Assembly: GCF_019968905.1 (NCBI RefSeq)
Contig: NZ_CP079946.1
Location: 5,921,356-5,985,355 of the forward strand
Source of the DNA: Corallococcus sp. EGB
GTDB lineage: Bacteria > Myxococcota > Myxococcia > Myxococcales > Myxococcaceae
Reading direction: 5' to 3'
DNA length: 64,000 nucleotides
Below, piece by piece: positions 47,908-57,569 of this stretch. How positions within the stretch are numbered: position 1 is the first letter of the stretch; each line of letters begins with the position of its first letter. The translations under genes were made by a program, and so were the position numbers. The notes below the pieces were generated by a model. The model saw nothing but the letters and a program-made list of their open reading frames with translations, was not told the origin of the DNA and made no database searches.

Positions 47908-50502
47908 TCAGGTCCCGGCGGCGGGCGTGGGGGCCGGGGCGGCCTCCACGTTGGCCCCCGGAACGGCGGGCTCCACCACCTCGCGGCGGTAGTCGCATTC
48001 CTTGTTGGGGCAGGCGATGTAGGCGCCATCCCGCTTGGAGAACTTCTGCAGCAGGTAGGGCGAGGCGCACTGCGGGCAGGCTTCCGCGAGCGGCCGGTCC
48101 CACGCGGCGAACTTGCACTCCGGATACCGGTTGCAGCCGAAGAAGATCTTCCCGCGGCCGCTGCGGCGCTCGGTGAGGTAGCCCACCTTGCACTCGGGGC
48201 AGTTGACGCCGATGGAGATGGGCTTGGACGTCTTGCAGTCCGGGTAGCCCGAGCACGCCATGAAGCGCCCGAAGCGGCCGCGCTTGATCACCATGGGCTT
48301 GCCGCACTTCTCGCACTTCTCGTCCGTGGTCTCCTCCTCCACGATGACGATCTTCCCTTCCGCGTCCCGCTTGAAGTCCTTGGTGTTCTTGCAGTCGGGG
48401 TAGTTGGAGCAGGCGAGGAAGTGGCCCATCTTCCCGAACTTGATGACGAACGGGTTGCCGCACTTCTCGCACGCGATGTCGGTCTTGATCTCCTCGCGCT
48501 TGACGTCGCGCATCTCCGCTTCGGCCTTCTCCAGCGTCTCCTTGAAGGGGCCGTAGAAGTCGTGCAGCACCGTCTTCCAGGACGCGCCGCCGTCGGAGAT
48601 CTGATCCAGCTTCTCCTCCATGCTGGCCGTGAACGTGATGTCCATCTCATGGGGGAAGTGCTTGACCAGCATCTCGTTGGTCATCTGCCCCAGGTCGGTG
48701 GGACGGAAGCGGCTCTCCAGCTTCTCCACGTACTTCTTGTCCTGGATGTTGGAGAGGATGGCCGCGTACGTGGACGGACGCCCGATGCCGCGCTCCTCCA
48801 GCTCCTTCACCAGCGTCGCTTCGCTGAAGCGCGGGGGCGGCTGGGTGAAGTGCTGTTCGTTGAGCAGCTTGTCCAGCGTGAGGACTTCGCCCTCGTTGAG
48901 GGGCGGCAGTTCGCCCACCGCGTCCTCGGCGCCCTCTTCACCCGCGGCCTTGGCCTTCTCCGCCGCGGCCTCTTCTTCCGGCGTGAGGCCGGCGCCGTAG
49001 ACGCCCAGGTAGCCGGGGAACTTCAGCGTGCTGCCGGACGCGCGGAAGGTGGCGCGGCCCGCGGTGATGTCCGCGCTCGTCTGATCATAGACGGCGGCCT
49101 TCATCTGGCACGCGACGAAGCGGTTCCAGATGAGCTCGTAGAGCCGGAACATGTCCAGCTCGTCCATGGCCTCGAAGAAGGCCTTCACGCGCTCGGGCGG
49201 GTACTCCAGGGACGTGGGCCGGATGGCCTCGTGCGCGTCCTGGGCGCCCTTGCGGCTCTTGTAGACCATGGGCTCCGGCGGCAGGTAGTCCGCGCCGAAC
49301 TTCTTGCCGATGAAGTCGCGCACCTGCGTCACGGCGTCGTCGGACAGGCGCGTGGAGTCCGTGCGCATGTACGTGATGAGCGCCGTCTGGCCCTCCTCCC
49401 CCAGCGGCACGCCTTCGTACAGCTTCTGCGCCAGCGTCATCGTCTTCTTGGCGGTGAAGTGCAGCCGGTTCGCCGCCTCCTGCTGGAGCTTGGAGGTGAT
49501 GAACGGCGCGGGCGCGTTGCGGCGGCGCTCCTTGCGGTCCACCTTCGTCACGGTGAAGGGGGAGTCCTTCAGCTCCGCCACGAGCGCGTCCGTGGTGGCG
49601 CGGTCCTTGAGCTCCACCTTCTTGCCGTCCACGCGGGACAGCTTCGCCTTGAAGGGCGGCGGCCCCTGCGGGCCCTGCACCAGCGCGTCCAGCGTCCAGT
49701 ACTCCTCGGGCTGGAAGGCCTTGATCTCCGCCTCGCGCTCCACGATCAGGCGCACCGCCACGGACTGCACGCGGCCGGCGGACAGGCCGCGGCGGATCTT
49801 CTTCCAGAGCAGCGGCGAGATTTGATAGCCGACGAGCCGGTCCAGGATGCGGCGGGTCTGCTGCGAGTCGTAGTTGTCCTGGTTGAGCTGGCGCGGCTGC
49901 GCGATGGCGTCCTGCACGGCGCGCTTGGTGATCTCGTTGAAGGTCACCCGCAGGGAGTCCGGGTGACCCAGCTCCTCCTTGATGTGCCAGGCAATGGCCT
50001 CGCCCTCGCGGTCGGGGTCCGTCGCCAGGAAGACGCGGTCCACCGTCTTGGCCATCTTCTTCAGCTCGTTGAGGACCTTCTCCTTGCCCTTGATGACCGT
50101 GTACTCGGGCTTGAAGTCGTCCTCCACGTCCACGCCCATCTTGCTCTTGGGCAGGTCCTTCACATGGCCCACGGACGCCTTCACCGTGTAGCCGGAGCCC
50201 AGGTACTTCTTGATGGTCTTCGCCTTGGCGGGAGACTCCACCACCACCAGGTAGTGGGGGCCCTTGCCACGGCGCTCGGGCACTTCCTCTTCGGCGTCCG
50301 CGTCCGCGTCCACGGTGGGCAGCTCGTCCCCGTCCGCGCCACGGCGGCGGGCCGCCGTCTTCTTCTTGGCGGTCGTCTTCTTCGCGGCCGTCTTCTTCTT
50401 GGCGGACTTCTTGGCCGCCGGCTTCTTGGAGGCCGCCTTCTTGGGCGTCTCCTCCGCAGCCGTCTCGGTCTCTGCCGCCTGTGTCTTCTTCCGCGTGGCC
50501 AT
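47908..50502 (-). CDS. topA: DNA topoisomerase I with a Lys/Ala-rich N-terminal tail and C-terminal zinc ribbons
   Basis: Toprim domain HYLVVVESPAKAKTIKKYLG...DPDREGEAIAWH. Active-site region ...ITYMRTDSTRLS. C-terminal CEKCGNP...CSNYPDC, CEKCGKP...CSGYPDC, CPECK...CNRYPEC. Confidence 0.93.
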   Translation of the reverse strand: MATRKKTQAAETETAAEETPKKAASKKPAAKKSAKKKTAAKKTTAKKKTAARRRGADGDELPTVDADADAEEEVPERRGKGPHYLVVVESPAKAKTIKKYLGSGYTVKASVGHVKDLPKSKMGVDVEDDFKPEYTVIKGKEKVLNELKKMAKTVDRVFLATDPDREGEAIAWHIKEELGHPDSLRVTFNEITKRAVQDAIAQPRQLNQDNYDSQQTRRILDRLVGYQISPLLWKKIRRGLSAGRVQSVAVRLIVEREAEIKAFQPEEYWTLDALVQGPQGPPPFKAKLSRVDGKKVELKDRATTDALVAELKDSPFTVTKVDRKERRRNAPAPFITSKLQQEAANRLHFTAKKTMTLAQKLYEGVPLGEEGQTALITYMRTDSTRLSDDAVTQVRDFIGKKFGADYLPPEPMVYKSRKGAQDAHEAIRPTSLEYPPERVKAFFEAMDELDMFRLYELIWNRFVACQMKAAVYDQTSADITAGRATFRASGSTLKFPGYLGVYGAGLTPEEEAAAEKAKAAGEEGAEDAVGELPPLNEGEVLTLDKLLNEQHFTQPPPRFSEATLVKELEERGIGRPSTYAAILSNIQDKKYVEKLESRFRPTDLGQMTNEMLVKHFPHEMDITFTASMEEKLDQISDGGASWKTVLHDFYGPFKETLEKAEAEMRDVKREEIKTDIACEKCGNPFVIKFGKMGHFLACSNYPDCKNTKDFKRDAEGKIVIVEEETTDEKCEKCGKPMVIKRGRFGRFMACSGYPDCKTSKPISIGVNCPECKVGYLTERRSGRGKIFFGCNRYPECKFAAWDRPLAEACPQCASPYLLQKFSKRDGAYIACPNKECDYRREVVEPAVPGANVEAAPAPTPAAGT

Positions 50503-50525
50503 GGCTCTCCTACCTCGAACTGCCT

Positions 50526-51656
50526 TTAGACCTTCTCGTACCGTTTACCCGGGTGCTGGACCACCAGCCCCGACAATTCCAATTCCACCAGGGCGCTCAT
50601 GAGCGCCGCGGGTGACAGCGGACTCGCGGCGAGCACCTCGTCGAACGAGCGGGGAACCCGATCCAACAGCCCATAGGCCCCGCGCGCTTCCGCCGACAGC
50701 GCCTCCCACCACCCCGCGTCCCGCCCCGCCGGCACCGCACGAACCGGGTCAACGCCCACCACCGCACAGATTGCTTCCGGGGACGTGCATGCGCGGGCCC
50801 GCCCGTCCGCCAGCAGGGCGTTGCAGCCCGCCGCGGCCGGCTGCCAGACGTCCCCCGGCAGCGCGAACACCGGCCGGCCCTGCAGCTGGGCCGCGTCCGC
50901 CGTGTACAGGGCTCCGGAGCCCGCTCCCGCCCGCATCACCAGCACCGCATCCGACGCGCCAGCGATGAGTCGGTTGCGCCGGGGGAAGGTGGTCGTGCTC
51001 GCCCGGACCCCGGGCGGCAGCTCGCTGAAGTACACCCCTCCCCGCTCCAGGAAGTGGGGCAGCAGCCGGGCCTGGGCGGGGTCCAACGCGTCCAGCGCGG
51101 AGCCCAGGAAGGCCCACGTCTCCGCGCCCACGTCCAGGGCGCCCCAGTGGCACGCCCGGTCCACGCCCTCCGCCGCGCCCGACACCACCCCGACCCCGGC
51201 CTCCGCCACCTTCCGGGCGAACGTGCGCGCGAACGGAAGGAAGCCCTGGTCCGGATGGCGGCTGCCCACCATGGCCAGGCGCCGCCGGGGAGGCCCCGGA
51301 AGGCCCAGGTAGAACAGCAGCGGGGGCGCGTCCTCCAGGCCCACCAGCCGGGCGGGATAGGCGGGCGTGCCCGCGAAGGCCACCTGGAGGCCCGCTCGGG
51401 CACAGGCCTCCTCCGTGCGGGACGCCAGGGCGTCCAGGGATGCGACGGCGGCCAGGCGCTGGCGGACGGCCGCGGGCACCGGCACGTCCGACAGCCAGTC
51501 CTTCACGGGCACGGACGCGAGACGGGAAAGCGCTCCCCCGGCGAACGCGCGCACCGCGTCCAACGTCCGGGGCCCCAGGCCGGCAATGGCCCAGAGCGCC
51601 AGGGTGGCGCGCTGCTCGTCCCAGTGTAGGTGTGTGTCCGTGCTCGTGTCCGCCAT
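50526..51656 (-). CDS. dprA: DNA-processing protein DprA (Smf)
   Basis: ...LAMVGSRHPDQGFLPFARTFARKVAEAGVGVVSGAAEGVDRACH... is the DprA Rossmann-like domain. The dprA-topA arrangement is common. Confidence 0.85.
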   Translation of the reverse strand: MADTSTDTHLHWDEQRATLALWAIAGLGPRTLDAVRAFAGGALSRLASVPVKDWLSDVPVPAAVRQRLAAVASLDALASRTEEACARAGLQVAFAGTPAYPARLVGLEDAPPLLFYLGLPGPPRRRLAMVGSRHPDQGFLPFARTFARKVAEAGVGVVSGAAEGVDRACHWGALDVGAETWAFLGSALDALDPAQARLLPHFLERGGVYFSELPPGVRASTTTFPRRNRLIAGASDAVLVMRAGAGSGALYTADAAQLQGRPVFALPGDVWQPAAAGCNALLADGRARACTSPEAICAVVGVDPVRAVPAGRDAGWWEALSAEARGAYGLLDRVPRSFDEVLAASPLSPAALMSALVELELSGLVVQHPGKRYEKV

Positions 51657-51802
51657 ACCGTCCCCCGCCTGTTTCCCACCTATATAGAGGTGGTCTCGGG
51701 AGGGGCGTGACACATAACACCGGCTCTTCGGGGGTCAAGCGACCCGCCCTTCCCGGGCGGGCCGGAATGCAGCATTCCTGCCGTTCCTGAGCGCCGCCAA
51801 CC

Positions 51803-53035
51803 TCAGCGGCTGGCGGTGGGCGTCCCGTCCTTGCGCATGGTGGCGCGGTCGCCGGCGGAGATCTCCACCAGGGAGCGGGTCACCAGGCAGTTGGAGGTGC
51901 GCTCACGCACTTCGGTGACCATGCACTGGGCCACGGCCTCCCAGGGGTAGGTCTTCTGGCCCTTGCCCGCGTCGCCCATCTTGTAGTCGGTGCGGCCGAG
52001 CACATCCAGGCTGGGGTCGCCACGGCGCTCGATGGTGAAGGTGTTGCCCACCTGCACGCCGTCCGCGGTGCCGCGGTCCACGACGATGAAGTGGTGCTCG
52101 CCCAGCAGCGTCTGGCCCGGCGTCATCGGCGTGAGCACGTAGCCGGGGATCTCCTTGCTGTTGGGCTTGGGGGCGATGCGCTCCACCAGCTTCTCGCTGG
52201 AGGGGCCGACCAGGTCGCCACGGGAGATGGGGTCCCACGTCTCCGTGATGCGTGCGGTCACCACGTCGTTGTTGATGGCGACGACCTGCACCGTGCCCAG
52301 CAGCTCCGTGAGGTAGCCCGTGCGCGCGTGGGTCACCGGGTGCTTCACCTCTTCCACGGTATGGAAGATGACGTAGCGGTCACCGATCTTGGCGCTGCCG
52401 CGCTTCTTGAAGCGCAGATAGACCTTGTCCGGCGCGGAGAGCATCAGCGCCTCGGAGGCCGAGCCCTCGATCTTGCCCGCCTCGTCCAGCTCGCGCGCCG
52501 TCACGAAGCCCTTGGTCACGACCGGGCGCGCGCTGGCGGGGTCGTAGCCGATCTTCCCGACCACCGACACCAGGCTGCCGCCGCTCACGTCCGTGGGCGC
52601 CGCCACGTCCTCCGAGGGCAGCTCCGTGGACTCCACGCGCGACGGCACCTCCTCGCCGCCCGGGTAGAACTTCACGTTGTTGCCCGGGTAGATCCAGTGC
52701 GGGTTGGCGATCTGCGGGTTGTAGGACCAGACCTTGGGCCAGTACCAGGGGCTGCCCAGGTAGCGCTGGGACAGGTCCCACAGCGTGTCGCCCGTCTCGA
52801 CGGTGTGCACCTGGCCGGGCGCGCTCTCACGGCCCTGCGGGGCGCCGGGCGGGAGCGTGACGGACGTGGGGCGCTGCTCCACGTCGTCGGAGATGTCCTG
52901 CCCTTCCGTCTCGGAGGAGGGCTGGGATTCGTCCTCCTGCGCGTCCTGGGCGAAAGCCGTCCATGCCGGCGCGACGGTGAGGGGCACGAGCAGGGAGGCG
53001 AGGATCCGGGAGCGCATCGGACGACGTCCTTTCAC
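51803..53035 (-). CDS. secreted LysM-domain protein
   Basis: Signal peptide RSRILASLLVPLTVAPAWTAFAQD. LysM domain HTVETGDTLWDLSQRYLGSPWYWPKVWSYNP... Confidence 0.75.
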   Translation of the reverse strand: MKGRRPMRSRILASLLVPLTVAPAWTAFAQDAQEDESQPSSETEGQDISDDVEQRPTSVTLPPGAPQGRESAPGQVHTVETGDTLWDLSQRYLGSPWYWPKVWSYNPQIANPHWIYPGNNVKFYPGGEEVPSRVESTELPSEDVAAPTDVSGGSLVSVVGKIGYDPASARPVVTKGFVTARELDEAGKIEGSASEALMLSAPDKVYLRFKKRGSAKIGDRYVIFHTVEEVKHPVTHARTGYLTELLGTVQVVAINNDVVTARITETWDPISRGDLVGPSSEKLVERIAPKPNSKEIPGYVLTPMTPGQTLLGEHHFIVVDRGTADGVQVGNTFTIERRGDPSLDVLGRTDYKMGDAGKGQKTYPWEAVAQCMVTEVRERTSNCLVTRSLVEISAGDRATMRKDGTPTASR

Positions 53036-53044
53036 GAAAAGGGC

Positions 53045-53905
53045 TTACGGCGAGAGCGCGGCGAGCCGCTGCTCCGCTTGCGTGGCGGCGGCCGTCCCCG
53101 GGAACTGGGTGACGACGCGGGTATAGAGGGCTCGGGCATCCACGGCCTGGTTCAGCCGCACCCGGCACTCCGCGAGCCGGAGCATGCCGTCCTGGACGGC
53201 GTCCCCGGCGGGATAGGTCTTGATGAGCCGTTCGAACGTCTTCGCCGCGCCCGTGGGGTCCTTGAGGCCCATCTGGCCCAGGCCGGCGAAGTACAGGGCG
53301 TTGTCGGCGCGGGGGTGGCGCGGGTTCTCCGCGGCGAAGCGCGTGAGCTGCTCCACGCCGCCCTCCACGTTGCCGGTGCGCAGCATGGCCACCGCGCGCT
53401 CGTATTCGGCGTCGAGGATGTCCGGATCCTTCTCCGGCGGCTCCATGCGGGCCGGCGTGACGGAGCCCGTCCCAGACGAGCCCTCCACCGGGGAGATGAA
53501 CATCTCCATCTGATCCGCGTCCGGCTCCACCACCGCCACCGCCGTGTTGATGCGCGGCGCCGGTTCCTTCTTCGGCTTGAGCCGCACCACCGTCAGCTCC
53601 GCGGGCGCCAGGCTCAGCGCGTCGCCCCCTTCGGACGAAGCGGCCTCCGGCTTCACGCTCGCGGTGGCCGCCGGGGTCGAAGCCGAGGCGGGAGCCGGGG
53701 TGACGCTCCGCGCGCGGGAGACGGCGTCGCGGTTCTCCAGCCGCTCCAGGCGCTCCAGCAGCGAGGCCTGGGAGGCGCGCAGCGTGCGCACCTCCGCCTC
53801 CAGCCGGCCCACTTCCGTCTGCGACGCAGCGGTGGTGGCGCAGGCGGTCGGCGCGGACAGCGCGACGGCGGCAAACAGGCGGAAGAGGAAGGGACGCACC
53901 GGCAC
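53045..53905 (-). CDS. CpoB/YbgF-like periplasmic protein (coiled coil plus TPR)
   Basis: Signal peptide, coiled-coil region RLEAEVRTLRASQASLLERLERLEN, and a C-terminal TPR region AMLRTGNVEGGVEQLTRFAAENPRHPRADNALYFAGLG... Confidence 0.6.
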   Translation of the reverse strand: MPVRPFLFRLFAAVALSAPTACATTAASQTEVGRLEAEVRTLRASQASLLERLERLENRDAVSRARSVTPAPASASTPAATASVKPEAASSEGGDALSLAPAELTVVRLKPKKEPAPRINTAVAVVEPDADQMEMFISPVEGSSGTGSVTPARMEPPEKDPDILDAEYERAVAMLRTGNVEGGVEQLTRFAAENPRHPRADNALYFAGLGQMGLKDPTGAAKTFERLIKTYPAGDAVQDGMLRLAECRVRLNQAVDARALYTRVVTQFPGTAAATQAEQRLAALSP

Positions 53906-53988
53906 GAGCCTGGACGGAGGGAAATCCGAGTCGAGGATAGGAAGGCCGGTCGGAGACCGTCAAGAAAACGACCCTGGCGCGGCCCCCG

Positions 53989-54747
53989 CTAGAAGCGGTG
54001 CACCACGAAGTTGAGGTGCCGCCCGGTGCGCCCCGCGTCCCGGCGGTGGGAGAAGAACCGCTCCGGATCACACGCCGTACAGGCCTGTAGCACGTCCACC
54101 CGGTCCACCCGCATGCCCGCCTTCACCAACGACGCCTTCACTGCCCGTGGAAGGTCCAGGTGGGGTCTGGCACCTCCACGGACGACCTCCGCGCCGAAGC
54201 GCGCGCGGAAGCGGTCGCCCAGCTCCGGCGACACCTCATAGCAGCACGCCTGGATGCAGGGGCCCACCGCCGCCAGCAGGTCCTCCGGCCGGCTGCCTCG
54301 CGCCGCCAGTGTCTCCACCGCGCGGGCGCTGATCTCCAGGTCCGTGCCCCGCCAGCCCGAGTGCACCGCCGCCACGCGGCGGCCTCGCGGATCCACCAGC
54401 AGCACCGGCACGCAATCCGCGGTCCCCACCGCCACCCAGCTCCCCTCCCCTTGCGTCCACAGCGCGTCGGCTTCCCCCAGCGTCGGGCGCAGCACCTCGT
54501 CCGCTTCACCGCGCGCCTCCAGCACCGTGTCGCCGTGCACCTGCGACACCCGGCAGAGCGAGCCCAGCTGCGCGCCCGCGGCCCGGGCCAGCCGGCGGTG
54601 GTTCTCCTCGACGCGAGGGCGCTCGTCGCCCACGGAGAAGCCCAGGTTCAGCGACGCGTAGGGCCCTTCGGACACCCCACCCGCGCGCGTGGCGAAGCCG
54701 TGCGGCACCGGCAGCAGCGCGGACGTGAGGAACACGGGCGTGGACAT
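53989..54747 (-). CDS. pgeF: YfiH/PgeF-family (DUF152) purine nucleoside phosphorylase / peptidoglycan editing factor
   Basis: ...LNLGFSVGDERPRVEENHRRL...VSQVHGDTV...TADCVPVLLVD...AVHSGWRG...GPCIQACCYEV are the conserved H/C/H residues of the YfiH family. Confidence 0.8.
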   Translation of the reverse strand: MSTPVFLTSALLPVPHGFATRAGGVSEGPYASLNLGFSVGDERPRVEENHRRLARAAGAQLGSLCRVSQVHGDTVLEARGEADEVLRPTLGEADALWTQGEGSWVAVGTADCVPVLLVDPRGRRVAAVHSGWRGTDLEISARAVETLAARGSRPEDLLAAVGPCIQACCYEVSPELGDRFRARFGAEVVRGGARPHLDLPRAVKASLVKAGMRVDRVDVLQACTACDPERFFSHRRDAGRTGRHLNFVVHRF

Positions 54748-54968
54748 GGACGGCTCTCCTGACCGGGCAACAGCGACCTTCTTCAAGGGTGCGTCCACCG
54801 TGCCATGGGCACAGCCCTTGAAAACAAGAACATGCTGGAGAACAACACCCTCGTTTCAATATTTCGACGCCAGTACGTTTGACAGGGCGTGTCACGCCCC
54901 TGACAATTTTCAACACTCCGTCACTCGCGGACAGAACGCGAGCGCGCGGAGCACACTGCGCCCCGCAC

Positions 54969-56894
54969 ATGGCCCTCGGTTCCGAGACGATTGGCAGGAA
55001 GCTCTTGTGGAGCATCGCGCTGCCCGGGTTGGTGGTGGCGCTCCTGGGCGTGGGCCACTTCTCCCGCGAGGCGCGACAGGCGGTGCGGGAGGGCACGCAC
55101 CTGGAGGCGCTCTCGCTGGCGGAGGCGGTCGCCTCCACCTTCATGCTTCCGCAGACTCCGGGGGCGGCGCCGCACAGCGCGGTGGCGGAGGTGCTGTCGT
55201 CGGACACGCGGCTGTTCCGCTCCGTGGAGGACCTGCGGGTGCTGACGCCGGACGGGCGCATCCGCTGGAGCCGCAAGCCCGCCGAGCAGGGCCACCCGCA
55301 TCCGGAGGCCGCGCGGCTGTCCGCGACGGGGCCGGAGACGGCGCGCTCCAGCGACCACGGCACGGAGGTGGTGCGGCCCCTGGGCGGCCCGGAGTGCTCC
55401 GGCTGTCACACCGGCGAGGCCGCGCAGCGCATGGGCGTGCTCCAGGTGCGCCTGGGCGAGCCCGCGCTGCACCGCCAGCTCCAGACGGTGTTCCAGGACG
55501 CGCTGGGCGCGATGGTGCTCTTCGTGGGCATCCTGGGGCTCGTGACGTGGCTGTCCCTGCGCTTCGTGCTCACCGCGCCGCTCAAGCGGCTGAGCGAGGC
55601 CATGGGGCGCGCGGCGGACGGCGACCTGCTGGTGCGCGCGGAGGCCCGGGGCACGGATGAGATCTCCCGGCTGGGCGCGGCCTTCAACCAGATGCTCGCG
55701 CGGCTCACCTCCATGAAGGTGGAGGAGATCGACACGCACCGCGACCTGCAGCTGGTGAAGGAGAAGCTGGCGCTGAAGGACGAGTTGGAGGAGCGCCTGC
55801 GGGAGCTGTCGCTGCTGTTCGACGTGGCGCGCTCGCTCAACACCACGCTGGAGCTGGACGAGCTGTTGTCGCGCATCACCCGCATGGTGGTGGAGCGGCT
55901 GCACATCCAGGACTTCTCCATCATGCTCCTCAACGAGGAGGGCATGCTGGAGGTGAAGCACGCGTGGCCGCAGGGCCAGGGCCTGGAGGGCCACACCTTC
56001 GCCATGGGCGAGGGCGCGTGCGGCCGGGCCGCGCAGACGCGCAAGGCGGTGTACCTGCCGGACCTCACGGACAGCACCAGCATCTTCGCGCGGCGCGGCC
56101 TGCGCGGCGGCACCGAGCAGGGCTCGCTCCTGGCGGTGCCCATGGTGCACGCGGAGACGCTGTTGGGCGTCATCAACTTCCAGCGCCCGGAGACGGCGAG
56201 CTTCTCCAAGGAGGAGATCGAGCTCTTCACCGCGGTGGCGGATCAGGCCGCGACGGCGGTGACGAACGCACGCCTGCACGCGGAGACGGTGAAGCTCACG
56301 CTGACGGACGCGCTCACGGGCGTGCCCAACCGCCGTCACCTCTTCCAGCGGTTGGACCTGGAGCTGGCGCGGGCCCAGCGCTTCGGCGTGCCGCTGGCGC
56401 TGCTGATGGTGGACGTGGACCACTTCAAGCGGCTCAACGACCTGGCCGGCCACCGCGCTGGCGACGAGACGCTGCGCCGGGTCTCCGACGTGCTGCGAAC
56501 CCGCGCGCGCAAGGTGGACACGCTGGGACGCTACGGCGGCGAGGAGTTCGTGCTGCTGCTGCCGCAGGTGTCCAAGGCCACGGCGGTGGAGGTCGCGGAG
56601 ACGCTGCGCCGCGCGGTGGCGGACGCCGTCACGCTCAGCCGTCCGGGGCTGCCTGGAGGCCACGTCACGGTGTCCATCGGCGTCGCGCACTACCCCACGG
56701 ACGCGACGGCGCAGGACGCGCTGGTGGACTCCGCGGACGCGGCGCTCTACTGCAGCAAGCGCACCGGGCGCAACCGGGTGACGGCGTTCGAGCCCGGCAT
56801 GGAGGTGCACCCCGGCCGCGAGCGCAGCATCAATGCGCCGCCCGCGGACGCGCCCTCCACGCCCGCTTCGCCCACGGGCATCGCGAAGGCCTGA
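54969..56894 (+). CDS. membrane-anchored sensor diguanylate cyclase with a periplasmic domain carrying a CxxCH motif, then HAMP, GAF and GGDEF domains
   Basis: TM1 LLWSIALPGLVVALLGVG and TM2 LGAMVLFVGILGLVTWLSL. The periplasmic GGPECSGCHTGEAAQRMG is at nt 55395-55409. GAF is ...LLSRITRMVVERLHIQDFSIMLL. The active site is RYGGEEF. Confidence 0.85.
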   Translation: MALGSETIGRKLLWSIALPGLVVALLGVGHFSREARQAVREGTHLEALSLAEAVASTFMLPQTPGAAPHSAVAEVLSSDTRLFRSVEDLRVLTPDGRIRWSRKPAEQGHPHPEAARLSATGPETARSSDHGTEVVRPLGGPECSGCHTGEAAQRMGVLQVRLGEPALHRQLQTVFQDALGAMVLFVGILGLVTWLSLRFVLTAPLKRLSEAMGRAADGDLLVRAEARGTDEISRLGAAFNQMLARLTSMKVEEIDTHRDLQLVKEKLALKDELEERLRELSLLFDVARSLNTTLELDELLSRITRMVVERLHIQDFSIMLLNEEGMLEVKHAWPQGQGLEGHTFAMGEGACGRAAQTRKAVYLPDLTDSTSIFARRGLRGGTEQGSLLAVPMVHAETLLGVINFQRPETASFSKEEIELFTAVADQAATAVTNARLHAETVKLTLTDALTGVPNRRHLFQRLDLELARAQRFGVPLALLMVDVDHFKRLNDLAGHRAGDETLRRVSDVLRTRARKVDTLGRYGGEEFVLLLPQVSKATAVEVAETLRRAVADAVTLSRPGLPGGHVTVSIGVAHYPTDATAQDALVDSADAALYCSKRTGRNRVTAFEPGMEVHPGRERSINAPPADAPSTPASPTGIAKA

Positions 56895-56912
56895 GCGGGA
56901 AGGCGCCCTCCC

Positions 56913-57506
56913 CTACCGCCGCACGAGCGTCCGGACCACGGGGAGCATCAGGTCCGCCCACTCCTCGTAGCCCGCCGCGGACGGGTGGAAGCCATCCGAG
57001 CAGAAGAAGTCCGGACGCCGGGGGATCATCTCCCGGCTGGCGGTGTAGAGGTCCACCAGGTGCAGCCCGTGCGCGCGGGCCACCGAGGCGATGGCGTCGT
57101 TGAACAGCTCGATGCGCCCTTCATACAGCGCGCTGGGCACCATCTTCGCCACCGGCGCGAGCGCCATGTCCGCGATGTTCACCACCACCATGGACGCGCC
57201 GGTCTGCTTCAGCCTCCGGGCGATGCGGTCCAGGTCGTCCTGGAACTCCGCCATCTCGGTGCCGCGCCAGATGTCGTTGGTGCCCACGCCCAGGGTGATC
57301 AGCGTGGGCTGCAGCGCGATGACGCGCTTGAGGGCGTTGTTGACGACGTCGCGCACGCGCGCGCCGCTCTGACCCAGGTTGATGTGGCCCACGGGGAGGC
57401 CGTCCTTCCGGAGGCGGGAGGCGAGCCGGTCAGGGTAGCCCCCGCCCTGCGACACCCCCACCCCCACCGCCGTGCTGTCACCCAACGAGACGTAGTTGAC
57501 GCTCAT
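56913..57506 (-). CDS. SGNH/GDSL-family hydrolase
   Basis: YVSLGDSTAVG (GDS block I)...GVGTNDI (block III)...SDGFHPS (block V DxxH). Confidence 0.8.
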   Translation of the reverse strand: MSVNYVSLGDSTAVGVGVSQGGGYPDRLASRLRKDGLPVGHINLGQSGARVRDVVNNALKRVIALQPTLITLGVGTNDIWRGTEMAEFQDDLDRIARRLKQTGASMVVVNIADMALAPVAKMVPSALYEGRIELFNDAIASVARAHGLHLVDLYTASREMIPRRPDFFCSDGFHPSAAGYEEWADLMLPVVRTLVRR

Positions 57507-57569
57507 CGACGTTCATCCACCCTCGAGTGCGAGCCGCGGCCGTGCCCCCCCAACCCCTGCCGTCCGGCG

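Noticed and set aside
48421-50529. 702-aa plus-strand ORF antisense to topA
   Set aside because: TopA on the minus strand is unmistakable (Toprim domain, zinc ribbons)
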